Assembly (NCBI GenBank): GCA_021777565.1 | Contig: JAJYDJ010000004.1 | Location: 100,077 to 140,642, forward strand | Length of the DNA stretch: 40,566 bases | DNA from: a bacterium | GTDB lineage: Bacteria; Patescibacteriota; Microgenomatia; Levybacterales; UBA12049 | Direction of reading: 5' to 3' | Shown here: in pieces, positions 17,045 through 25,606 of the stretch | How the letters are laid out: each line of letters begins with the position of its first letter | How positions within the stretch are numbered: the first letter of the stretch is position 1 | Translations under genes and position numbers: made by a program | The notes under the pieces: generated by a model | The model's input: the letters and a program-made list of their open reading frames with translations, nothing else | Told to the model about the DNA's origin: nothing | Databases searched by the model: none

Positions 17045-18112
17045 TTATCTCCTTACTTGTTGCTGCAGTCGGGGCACTTCACTACGAATACTTTCTCCAA
17101 CAGTATCATTAAAAGATTCATCGGATGCTCTTCCTCTAATGAGTCCAAATACAAATGATGATAATGTATTATCAATATTAAATATGTTGATTCTTGCTTG
17201 AAGTAAATTAGGCGAATGAAGTAGTGTTCTAGCAAAATCTGCACTTGCCCATCCCAGTGCTTCTCTAGCAGATATATATGCATCAACTAATGCAAGTTTT
17301 TGTTCTGGTGAAAGTGGTGGTCTATATCTATCTGGCCTTGTAGGATCGGGGAGCTGATTAGAAGATAGCATAAGCAGTTTTTCAATATCTGCGTACCAAT
17401 CGCCGCCATTAATGCCTTGCTCAAAATCAATTATCCCAATACTCCCATTATCAAGAAGCAAATTTTGGTGTCGTAAGTCTCCATGAATAGTACTCGCAAC
17501 TTCGGTATCATTTACAGCAATATTAAGTATAGATTCTCCATACGCAATTATTTCCTCAATTCTTTGAAGATCGGCTGCATCTATGTGTGTGTCTCCTTCT
17601 AAGGATGAGAAAAACTCTTTTAAGTGATGAAAGCGTGTAGCAAAGTACTCCCGTAAAGGAGTGGTATTCTCATGTCCGTGATGAAACTCTGCAAGCCATA
17701 AAGTTAATTGTGAATATGTTCCATACCCCAATCCATCAAATGATGCTTCAGTAAGAGTCTGCCCATGAAGATAGGTTTCTGCCCAATAACTTACAGGGAT
17801 TCCTTGATAAACTTGGTCTCCCTCTGCAGTTACTGATGGAGTACGAATACCATGACTAACAGGTAGTGAATCGTAGAGTGCTTTTATTTGCCTTCCTTTT
17901 GACGGATAAATCCATCGATTGGCAATCATTATTTCTGATTCTGTTGAAAGAATAAGAGGTAGAGTAGCGTGTAGCACTTCATCATTACCACGTCTCATGT
18001 TAATATGCACATCCCCATGGCCAATAGTCGAGTATTGAGATAATTCTTCTGCACTATATGGAGTAACAGACGTTAAATATTCTATAATTTGTTCTCTGCC
18101 TTCTAGTTTCAT
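17045..18112 (-). CDS. Aminoglycoside phosphotransferase / choline kinase-like kinase
   Basis: LAEFH, IHGDLRHQNLL Brenner motif, IIDFE, GD...D. Confidence 0.85.
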   Translation of the reverse strand: MKLEGREQIIEYLTSVTPYSAEELSQYSTIGHGDVHINMRRGNDEVLHATLPLILSTESEIMIANRWIYPSKGRQIKALYDSLPVSHGIRTPSVTAEGDQVYQGIPVSYWAETYLHGQTLTEASFDGLGYGTYSQLTLWLAEFHHGHENTTPLREYFATRFHHLKEFFSSLEGDTHIDAADLQRIEEIIAYGESILNIAVNDTEVASTIHGDLRHQNLLLDNGSIGIIDFEQGINGGDWYADIEKLLMLSSNQLPDPTRPDRYRPPLSPEQKLALVDAYISAREALGWASADFARTLLHSPNLLQARINIFNIDNTLSSFVFGLIRGRASDESFNDTVGESIRSEVPRLQQQVRR

Positions 18113-18114
18113 AA

Positions 18115-18648
18115 TTACCTTTCTGTAAAATTTAACAATGCATTATATTGAAATGCTAAATCATCATAATCAGGTGCATGAATATGATGTAATGCTACAT
18201 CAATAGATGCAAGGCCATTAATAATGGTATATCTTCTAATGCCTATCTCAGCTCTAATCTCACGTTTGATCCGAGCCAATGCTTCATGTGCATCTTGTGA
18301 ATTAACAGGATCGTTTAGAACAAAAGCATAGGCAAAGTCAGCGTGAGTACCGAATAAATGCCTATTTAACATAAGCCATGCATAACTATGTGGTTTTTCT
18401 GCAACAACAGGATATATGTATCTCCCCATGAGTTCAAAGTTATTAACTTCAGCTTCTCTTCGAACGCTCAATCCATGATTTGCAATTGATGCACGAATTT
18501 CATCGAGATGTTGTATACCCGAGGGTAGAACGAGAAAAAAAGGTAGTGGCTCAGTTTGATAATCACGTAAGGGAGGAAGCTCACCAAAGTATTGTTCTGG
18601 TACGTCATTGAGGTGAATTATAGTTACATCTGCATGTTCCAGGCTCAT
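18115..18648 (-). CDS. Nucleoside diphosphate kinase-like protein (divergent)
   Basis: FFLVLPSG...I...GL.V (cf. NDK IKPDG), K.EIR, HHIHAPD (cf. N.IHGSD catalytic His). Confidence 0.55.
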   Translation of the reverse strand: MSLEHADVTIIHLNDVPEQYFGELPPLRDYQTEPLPFFLVLPSGIQHLDEIRASIANHGLSVRREAEVNNFELMGRYIYPVVAEKPHSYAWLMLNRHLFGTHADFAYAFVLNDPVNSQDAHEALARIKREIRAEIGIRRYTIINGLASIDVALHHIHAPDYDDLAFQYNALLNFTER

Positions 18649-19484
18649 ACAAAGTCATCCCTTCTTACAAGTTTTTGTAGCCTCTCATTAAGAATTTCTC
18701 CTTTAGAATTAAATGGATAGATAAGCTCGTCTTTTGATTCCTCTCGTGCGTATAATACATAACAATTATCATTAAGATCTACAAGATCATCTAAAGGGAA
18801 AGGGAATGGCGTTTTATCTATTTTCCCTTCTACCATAATTTCCTCTGGTCTAAGGTTAAACACACTTGTGGGGTATGATCGCAGTTCAAAGAATTCTCCA
18901 GGTATCTTCTTTTCAAAGTTATGATTAATCCTATTAACTACTCTGGGCAGACTGCTTTCAAGCTCTCTAATAATTGCACGCTTTAATTTACCACCCCTCC
19001 ATGGATATTCTGGATTTTTCTTAATCCACGCTTCAGAGTACATGGAATTTTGCTTATAAAATTCATTAAATGCTTTCTGTTTTCTATTGATCCATTCGTA
19101 ATAATAATTAGGAGAATGCATATTCTCGGCTAACCATTGAACTAGTTCGATGGATCTGTCCTCCAAAGTTGACTTAACTCTCTCAGCAATATCTTGAGGA
19201 TAGGGATCTTTAGTTAAGACCCAAATATCTAAGTCTGAAGAACGTGACGGAAAGATTCTTCGCCTCTGCTTATTTAAGATTAATTTGTATGCCTCATTGT
19301 AAGCATTAGCATTTATTGTTGCTTTGGGATCTGGCAGTTGAAGGTTTTGAGTAAAGCTACCTGTTATTAACACTCCTAGGACATCTTTGTCTTGATCACA
19401 AACCTCCTTTAGAATGAATAAAAACTTTTGATATTCGTTTTCATCAAAGATTGATTGCAAAATAGATTCATTAACGTGTCTCAT
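18645..19484 (-). CDS. Divergent Pol-beta-superfamily nucleotidyltransferase, copy 2
   Basis: GVLITGS...SDLDIWV. Start is probably ATG 19484, 9 nt after TATAAT (track gives 19523). First gene of a six-gene minus-strand operon. Confidence 0.65.
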   Translation of the reverse strand: MRHVNESILQSIFDENEYQKFLFILKEVCDQDKDVLGVLITGSFTQNLQLPDPKATINANAYNEAYKLILNKQRRRIFPSRSSDLDIWVLTKDPYPQDIAERVKSTLEDRSIELVQWLAENMHSPNYYYEWINRKQKAFNEFYKQNSMYSEAWIKKNPEYPWRGGKLKRAIIRELESSLPRVVNRINHNFEKKIPGEFFELRSYPTSVFNLRPEEIMVEGKIDKTPFPFPLDDLVDLNDNCYVLYAREESKDELIYPFNSKGEILNERLQKLVRRDDFV

Positions 19485-19493
19485 GTAAATAAC

Positions 19494-19540
19494 ATTATAC
19501 ATCCAATTAACTTGCCACATCAACCTATATTAGTTATACT
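19494..19540. promoter_or_regulatory. Back-to-back divergent sigma70 promoters
   Basis: Minus: TTGATG (19523-19518)-18-TATAAT (19499-19494). Plus: TTGCCA (19512-19517)-17-TATACT (19535-19540). Confidence 0.6.
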
Positions 19541-19560
19541 CCAGTTACTAAATAACACGT

Positions 19561-20706
19561 ATGGCATATGAGGCATTATCACCACGAAGTAGAGAAAGAT
19601 CCCTATTTGAGGGAGATATCGTAATGGTTTCGCATGAGAGAAGAGAAGCTGTACCAATTGTTCCGTATCTTCTCAATCAGGAATCTACCCCAGAGCAAAT
19701 TTTATCCGCATTTATGCCTACTAGTGAGTGGATCTTTCCTGCCAGTCAAGCTGACTTACTTAATCAATCCGTCACAGATGCAATGAGTACCGTCTTAACT
19801 ACCACAAGAGATCTGTATCTTTTAGCCCAGCAATCTCTAGAGGGCGTAAACTGGTTTGGATATAATGATCATGGACCTGCACACATAAGATCTGTTGCTG
19901 AACGAGTTAACTATTTAGCTAACCGATTACACATAGCTGACAGCCCACATATAATTGCTTTAGTTGCTGCAGGAGGGCATGATTTAGGAAATCTTATTTC
20001 GCGTGATATTCATTCTTTTATTTCTTCTTCTGTTCTTTTTCGTGTTTTCCCAAATTTATTAAATACTCCTGAACAAGCCAGAGAAGTAAGGAAGACTATA
20101 GAACTTCATGACGGGCTTGTTTATGACAAAGTAGTAGCAGGCTTACAAACTCAAGGCTTCGAGGGAGAACAGTTCATTTCTCGATTTAGAGAGATAGCTG
20201 GTACACCAGGACTGCTATTGCTCATAGCAGATAAAACCGACATTGGAAGACATAGGGTCAATAGAAAGGCATTGTCTCCTGCCGCAATTGATAGGCATGC
20301 TCATTCTGAACTAAATTTATTATTTGAGACACAAGCTGTCGACATAAATCCTAATGATGGCACATTCAACTGGGAGATAGAGTTTAGCCAGCTTGTGCAT
20401 GATGTCGATATGCCAAGATTTGCTGGATTAGTTCTTCCAGCGGATGAAAGGCATCTATATGCCTCTAAACGAGTAGTAGTATCACAAGACAGTTCAGAAG
20501 CAGATTTTAATAAAAGCATTGAGCTTTTGCTCAATAAATCCAGATCAAGAATAAATATCGCTCTCCTTTCGGCTTTTGCATTAGATCAGCGAGTACAGCA
20601 AGCAAATATAATAATTCACCAAATAAATTCCCAAGGTGAGCGAGAAGAATATATACTTAATATGAGAAGGGAAGAGTTTGTGGCTTATATGCTAGAACAA
20701 ACATAA
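19561..20706 (+). CDS. HD-superfamily phosphohydrolase
   Basis: YNDHGPAH, GHDLGN..SR..H, IELHD, LIADKTD. Confidence 0.85.
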   Translation: MAYEALSPRSRERSLFEGDIVMVSHERREAVPIVPYLLNQESTPEQILSAFMPTSEWIFPASQADLLNQSVTDAMSTVLTTTRDLYLLAQQSLEGVNWFGYNDHGPAHIRSVAERVNYLANRLHIADSPHIIALVAAGGHDLGNLISRDIHSFISSSVLFRVFPNLLNTPEQAREVRKTIELHDGLVYDKVVAGLQTQGFEGEQFISRFREIAGTPGLLLLIADKTDIGRHRVNRKALSPAAIDRHAHSELNLLFETQAVDINPNDGTFNWEIEFSQLVHDVDMPRFAGLVLPADERHLYASKRVVVSQDSSEADFNKSIELLLNKSRSRINIALLSAFALDQRVQQANIIIHQINSQGEREEYILNMRREEFVAYMLEQT

Positions 20707-20727
20707 GACAATTATTTTAATAAACAG

Positions 20728-22548
20728 ATGAGTGATACAAATACTTCTAAACCACATATAACCTTAGATTTATTAGCTCTTGCAAGGGAGCATGTTGACC
20801 AGGTAACAAATAGTATTTCTGCTAAAAAAGATTTTGTTGATACACAGATAACTTACTTAAGAAAACGTATTATACATGCCCGCGGAGACGACAGAGATCA
20901 ATTCGAAGGAAGGTTGCTTCATGAGTTAGAAAATCAACGCATGATGGAAACTCAGATACAGTCTCCTTACTTTGTGCGCTGCGATGTTCACCTAGATGGA
21001 GAGCAACAAGCCAAAATTTGGTACTTTGGTAAATTCCCATTTCTTTCAGAATCAATCTATTCATGGGTTACACCAGCGGCAACAATTCGCTTTGAATCAC
21101 CTGGTAGATTTAGATACACAACCCCAGAAGGTGAAGACATTACTGGAGCATTGCTACGTAAAGATCAATTTCTGATTGTAAATAAGAAAATCCTTTTTAT
21201 GGCGACTGAGAATAAAGAGCAACAAAGAAAGTTAGTGTACCAAGAGTACTTTTCTCAAAAGAAAGATAGTTTTGCGTTAACAGAAATTGTGGAACAAATG
21301 GAAAAGGCACAGGATACAATTATTCGAGCACACCACAGAGGATCATTTTTAATATCTGGCCCTGCTGGTTCAGGAAAGACTACTCTTGCACTTCATCGGG
21401 TCGCATTCTTAGTACAATCACCAGATACATCCGCTTTATTCCCTGAAAAAGAAATAATTATTTTTGTTCAGGACAGAGTCACACAAGAGTACTTTGCGAA
21501 ATTACTTCCATCACTTGGTATTTATGATGTATCAATTACAACATTCGATCAATGGGCCATGAGCATTTTAGGGCTTACAAATGTGTCATATGCTATGAGA
21601 TCTTCTACGTCACTTGGCGAACTTGAGCTAGATGCATATGAATTTGCTAAGTATCAGTCAATGAAAGAGATTAAAAGTTATCCAACGAATCTGTTAAGGG
21701 TATTCGATTATTTAGAACAATGTTATGAAAAAGAATTCACTACTGAACAAAAAGAACTCTTTAAAAAACAAAAAAAAGCATTAATTCTAGATAGATTTGA
21801 TCTAACACTTCTTTTGAAAGCTACATTAAAGACAAAAGATAAACTCACTATACAGAAGGAGAAGTTCACACGCACTGCAAGTGGCAAATATACAAAAAAA
21901 CTGACTGATAAGGATGTTTCTTTTGCTCTTATGGTCATTGACGAAGCAGAAAATTATCTTCCAGAGCAGTTACAAATCTTCAAATCATGCAGCAATAAGC
22001 AAACTCAAGCGATCATTTATGTCGGTGATCTTGTCCAACAGACACTTCCATTCACGATTAAACAATGGGCTGACATTGAAGAAAAGTTTGACGATGAAAG
22101 GAAAGTAGTTCTTCAAAAGGTATATAGAAATACTAAACAAATCCTTGAATATATTAAAAGCCATGAATATGAAGTTGTTATTCCAGAAGAAGCTCGTGGA
22201 GGCGAAATGGTTGAAGAAATCGCAGAATCAAAAGTTAAAGAGCTGATTATTAACAAGCATATCAAGGATACAAGTATTGGCATACTTGCACAGTCTGAAC
22301 AATCCCTTGGTAAATATCGAAGGCTTCTGGATAGTTATAAAAATGTACATTGCTTCACTATCAATGAAGCTCAAGGAGTTGAATTCGACACAGTATTCCT
22401 GGTATCACCTCATAAGCCTGAGGATAATACGCATCATACTCAAAACAATGAGTTAATTAAAGAAAGAGAAAAGGTTAATCGCGACCTATTATATGTTGCA
22501 TACACACGAGCTATACAAAAGCTGTATATTGTAAAAGCTATATCATGA
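20728..22548 (+). CDS. HelD-like superfamily 1 (UvrD-like) helicase/ATPase
   Basis: SPYF.R.D, W..P.A, IV......QD.IIR, GPAGSGKTT.ALHR.AFL, IDEAE, GDL.Q, YRNT, QG.EFD, LYVAYTRA. Confidence 0.8.
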   Translation: MSDTNTSKPHITLDLLALAREHVDQVTNSISAKKDFVDTQITYLRKRIIHARGDDRDQFEGRLLHELENQRMMETQIQSPYFVRCDVHLDGEQQAKIWYFGKFPFLSESIYSWVTPAATIRFESPGRFRYTTPEGEDITGALLRKDQFLIVNKKILFMATENKEQQRKLVYQEYFSQKKDSFALTEIVEQMEKAQDTIIRAHHRGSFLISGPAGSGKTTLALHRVAFLVQSPDTSALFPEKEIIIFVQDRVTQEYFAKLLPSLGIYDVSITTFDQWAMSILGLTNVSYAMRSSTSLGELELDAYEFAKYQSMKEIKSYPTNLLRVFDYLEQCYEKEFTTEQKELFKKQKKALILDRFDLTLLLKATLKTKDKLTIQKEKFTRTASGKYTKKLTDKDVSFALMVIDEAENYLPEQLQIFKSCSNKQTQAIIYVGDLVQQTLPFTIKQWADIEEKFDDERKVVLQKVYRNTKQILEYIKSHEYEVVIPEEARGGEMVEEIAESKVKELIINKHIKDTSIGILAQSEQSLGKYRRLLDSYKNVHCFTINEAQGVEFDTVFLVSPHKPEDNTHHTQNNELIKEREKVNRDLLYVAYTRAIQKLYIVKAIS

Positions 22549-22654
22549 ATGTTCTAGTAAATAGTTAGTTTTGAATAAGTATCTGTGCCTGCTGAAAAGT
22601 GTTATATAATCTAATACAATATACCTGTAGGGTGTTCCATTCTGGGAACTCTCT

Positions 22655-22663
22655 GCGCACAGA
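22655..22663 (+). repeat. att core (distal side) GCGCACAGA
   Basis: Matches the tRNA-Arg 3' end. Joining here keeps the recombinase frame open for a further ~30 codons. Confidence 0.7.
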
Positions 22664-22701
22664 AAGATTTTTTTACTCCTTTAATTTTGTGATCTAGATT
22701 A

Positions 22702-22730
22702 TTGACGTGACAAATTTGTAACCTCATACT
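22702..22730 (+). promoter_or_regulatory. Sigma70 promoter upstream of the tRNA-like element
   Basis: TTGACG (22702-22707), 17 nt, CATACT (22725-22730). Confidence 0.55.
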
Positions 22731-22748
22731 GAAGTAGCAATCGTATTC

Positions 22749-22853
22749 GCGCCCGTAGCTTATTTACAAGAGCGTGGTGTCTTTAAGCAAATGGGGAGCA
22801 ATCCCTGTAGACAAAAAGGTACTGAGGAGAGAGTGCAAGGCTTTCCGGGCGCA
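22749..22853 (+). ncRNA. tRNA-like RNA with expanded anticodon arm (atypical or intron-containing tRNA, or pseudo-tRNA)
   Basis: Perfect acceptor GCGCCCG/CGGGCGC+A, TA linker, GCTT/GAGC D-stem, GAGAG-TGCAAGG-CTTTC T-arm; ~32 extra nt in the anticodon region including GGGA-GCAA-TCCC. Confidence 0.6.
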
Positions 22854-22915
22854 TAAATTTACTTCAAGAAGCCTCCCTCTTTGCAATTTCTGAATTTCGA
22901 CTATACTAGTAGTAT

Positions 22916-24238
22916 ATGGCACTTCCATATCTCCCTATTTTATTTGAAAGTTTTTGGCGGGATGAAGCATTTTCCGTCCTGATAGCCAGACACCAACCAC
23001 TTCAGATTATTCAACTCATGATGAAGGACCAGAGTCCGCCACTATACTTTTTACTCCTTCATTACTGGATGCAATGGTTTGGCATAGGAGAGGCACCAGT
23101 GAGAATGCTTTCATATATTTTATTTCTAGGAATTCTTGTTGCGACCTTTGTATTCTCCTGGAAAATTATGAAAACCATTCCTGGGAGGTTGGTATTTTTA
23201 GGTTTGTTGTATCTTAACCCATTTTTATTGCAGTATGCTTTTGAGGCAAGACCGTATGCGCTTTTTGCCTTTACGACCATCGTCGCAGCGGCAGCATTAG
23301 GGTTTAATCAGCTTTTTATTGCTAGTATTTTTCTTGCTCTTGGCATTCTTTCCCATAACTTCGCCGTCTTTGTTACCGCAGCTATTTTTGTCTGGTTTGT
23401 CTGGACAAGATACAAGACCTGGAAAACAAGTATCAAAGATTTCTTCTTACTTTTTACTCTTCCGGCGCTGACCTTTCTGGCATGGAGTGGTGCAATCTTT
23501 CAACAAGTGGCTAGGGTCAGTGCAAGTTTCTGGATCACTGAGAAGACGAGTGCCATGTATTACTATCTGTTTACGAGTTTTACCACCGGGTCTATTTGGT
23601 TTAAGACTCATGATATTCTCCAGTTCTTCTCAGTCACTCTATTAGTTCTGGGTGCTGCACCTCTTATTATGTCCTTTATCAAGAAAGAGACCATCAGTCC
23701 ATGGACCAAACTTGCTGTCTGTATTTCTCTTATTCCAATAATTTGTACCTATATCGTGTCTCACTTCAAAACCCCAATTTATTATGATCGTTACTTGATC
23801 GCGTCACTTCCTTTTGTATTTCTTTTGATGGCTCAAGGGATTGAGAAACTTATCAAAGAGGGAAGTATCGCGTGGAAAATATTCCTGTGCCTTTTTGTCT
23901 ATGCGTATGCACTTAGTCTTCTACTGGCATATCAGGATATTCAGCAAGCTTCTACCAAACCAGCCATCAACTGGGCAGTAGGGCAGGCGCTCCAAAGAGC
24001 AAAACCTCAAGACATGATCATCTCAGAAAGTGATCTTAACTTCCTTGAGACCAAATGGTACACACTCAACAACCCGTTACATATCAAAGCTCATATTGTC
24101 TCTCCATCAGGCACCATACCATACTATATTGGGGCTGCAGCCATAGAGCCAGGAGACGTGATCAAGTCTATCCCACCACACACCACCGTTTGGGTTATTC
24201 AACAAAATGGCGGCTACCACAAGGAAGTAACGAAGTAA
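22916..24238 (+). CDS. GT-C membrane glycosyltransferase (GT39/PMT/ArnT-like)
   Basis: SFWRDEAFS, D.SPPLYF.LLH.W, EARPYA, RYL; many TM helices. Confidence 0.85.
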   Translation: MALPYLPILFESFWRDEAFSVLIARHQPLQIIQLMMKDQSPPLYFLLLHYWMQWFGIGEAPVRMLSYILFLGILVATFVFSWKIMKTIPGRLVFLGLLYLNPFLLQYAFEARPYALFAFTTIVAAAALGFNQLFIASIFLALGILSHNFAVFVTAAIFVWFVWTRYKTWKTSIKDFFLLFTLPALTFLAWSGAIFQQVARVSASFWITEKTSAMYYYLFTSFTTGSIWFKTHDILQFFSVTLLVLGAAPLIMSFIKKETISPWTKLAVCISLIPIICTYIVSHFKTPIYYDRYLIASLPFVFLLMAQGIEKLIKEGSIAWKIFLCLFVYAYALSLLLAYQDIQQASTKPAINWAVGQALQRAKPQDMIISESDLNFLETKWYTLNNPLHIKAHIVSPSGTIPYYIGAAAIEPGDVIKSIPPHTTVWVIQQNGGYHKEVTK

Positions 24239-24247
24239 AAGACTCTT

Positions 24248-24625
24248 TTAGTCTTTCTCTGCAATCATACTCATCTCAATTTTTGCACCAAGAGGAAGTT
24301 CCTTAACGCACACTGCTTCTCTAGCAGGGTAGGGAGCGGAGAAATAACTGCCATAGATGCGATTTATTTCACCATACAATGACATGTCAGTCATATAAAT
24401 AGTAGCTTTTACAACATGCGAGAATGATGATCCTGCAGCAGATAAAATCTCACTAAGATTATCCATAATCTGTCTCACTTGTTCCTCAGTAGTGCCTTCA
24501 AGCAGCTTACCATCAGGGGTCAGGTAGATGACTCCTTGAGTAAAAACCAAGTTGCCAGTTACTATTGCTTGTGAATGGGGACTCATACCAGGAAGAGGTG
24601 CTTTGCTAGTTTCAACCTTATGCAT
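24248..24625 (-). CDS. ridA: RidA/YjgF-family reactive imine deaminase
   Basis: P.SQA, N...IL.AAG, VVK.TIY, N..Y..YF..PYPAR..V.V.ELP.GA.IE. Confidence 0.9.
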   Translation of the reverse strand: MHKVETSKAPLPGMSPHSQAIVTGNLVFTQGVIYLTPDGKLLEGTTEEQVRQIMDNLSEILSAAGSSFSHVVKATIYMTDMSLYGEINRIYGSYFSAPYPAREAVCVKELPLGAKIEMSMIAEKD

Positions 24626-25461
24626 TATTTCTTCAGTTCTGCATCGATAGCAGCCTTGAATGCGTCATATGGCTGAGCACCTACGAGTGGTGTGCCATTG
24701 ATAAAGAAGGTTGGTGTACCAGACACTCCTGCTTTTTGACCATCTTGATAGTCTGTCTGTGAGCGAGCATCGTCAGACTTGTTACTCAGACAGTTACTGA
24801 ACTGTGTACCATCCATACCCAGACTCGTTGCTGCTGCGGTCAGCTTATCAGTGGCATACAGAGATGTATCTGTCTCTGCTGGCTGATTCTGATACAACCA
24901 ATCATGCATTGCCCAGAATTTGTTCTGATCTTGGGCACACTCAGCGGCATCAGCTGCCACATTGGAAGCTGGGCCAAGGAATGGGAATTGGCGGAAGTAG
25001 AATGCGATCTTGCCAGTGTCAATATAATCTTTCTTGAGCTGTGGGTAGGTGTTGGTTGCAAATTGTTCACAGAATGGGCAACGGAAATCAGCAAATTCGA
25101 TAACAACAACTTTTGCATTGGCATTACCAAGTGCTGGGAAATGACCATTTGTCACATTTTGTTTTTGTGCAGGTGCTTGCTGACCAGCTGCTTGTGGATT
25201 TTGCCCAACGACTGATGGCTGTTGTGCTGCTTGCTGCGCTGTTGGCGCACCACCGTTTTGCATGTACTGGATTTGTGCACTCATGCGACCCAAGAAGAAG
25301 GCACCGACGATCATCCCAATAACCAAAAGTGGTGTGTAGTCAAAACTTTGTGGGAGCTTGAGTTTAGGGAAAGAAAAGCGCTTTTTGGTGACAACACTTA
25401 CTTCTTCTGGAAGAGTCTCTGCAACTGTTTCTTTTACTGGAGATTTTTTTCTCGCTGGCAT
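24625..25461 (-). CDS. dsbA: Membrane-anchored DsbA-family thiol-disulfide oxidoreductase
   Basis: EFADFRCPFC, GVSGTPTFFING, GAQP; N-terminal TM and Q/A-rich linker. Start is ATG 25461 or 25476. Confidence 0.88.
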   Translation of the reverse strand: MPARKKSPVKETVAETLPEEVSVVTKKRFSFPKLKLPQSFDYTPLLVIGMIVGAFFLGRMSAQIQYMQNGGAPTAQQAAQQPSVVGQNPQAAGQQAPAQKQNVTNGHFPALGNANAKVVVIEFADFRCPFCEQFATNTYPQLKKDYIDTGKIAFYFRQFPFLGPASNVAADAAECAQDQNKFWAMHDWLYQNQPAETDTSLYATDKLTAAATSLGMDGTQFSNCLSNKSDDARSQTDYQDGQKAGVSGTPTFFINGTPLVGAQPYDAFKAAIDAELKK

Positions 25462-25606
25462 AGATGTATGTAGCATAACAGTATTTTTTTCAAACTGTCA
25501 ACTGCATCAAAATCGTACGAGTGGAAGCTGACTGTTTGCTGAATGGTATGTATTGAAAAACTACCAGAGTTGCATGAAAATATCTTATAATATATAATCC
25601 GGTGAC

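Larger units (their letters stand above)
5943..22663. mobile_element. ~16.7 kb integrative element / genomic island at the tRNA-Arg 3' end
   Basis: Serine recombinase abutting the tRNA; core GCGCACAGA at 5943-5951 and 22655-22663 (CTCTGGGCGCACAGA vs CTCTGCGCACAGA); visibly AT-richer interior; housekeeping-type genes resume after 22.9 kb. Confidence 0.8.

Noticed and set aside
17045-18112. Aminoglycoside resistance gene
   Set aside because: The APH fold is shared by many small-molecule kinases, and the operon context does not indicate resistance.
22749-22853. The tRNA-like element as the distal att duplication, tmRNA or tRNA-Sec
   Set aside because: It has its own 5' half and promoter, lacks the Ala G3-U70 identity and tag ORF of tmRNA, and has no TCA anticodon or long variable arm. 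The core at 22655 matches the tRNA-Arg junction better.
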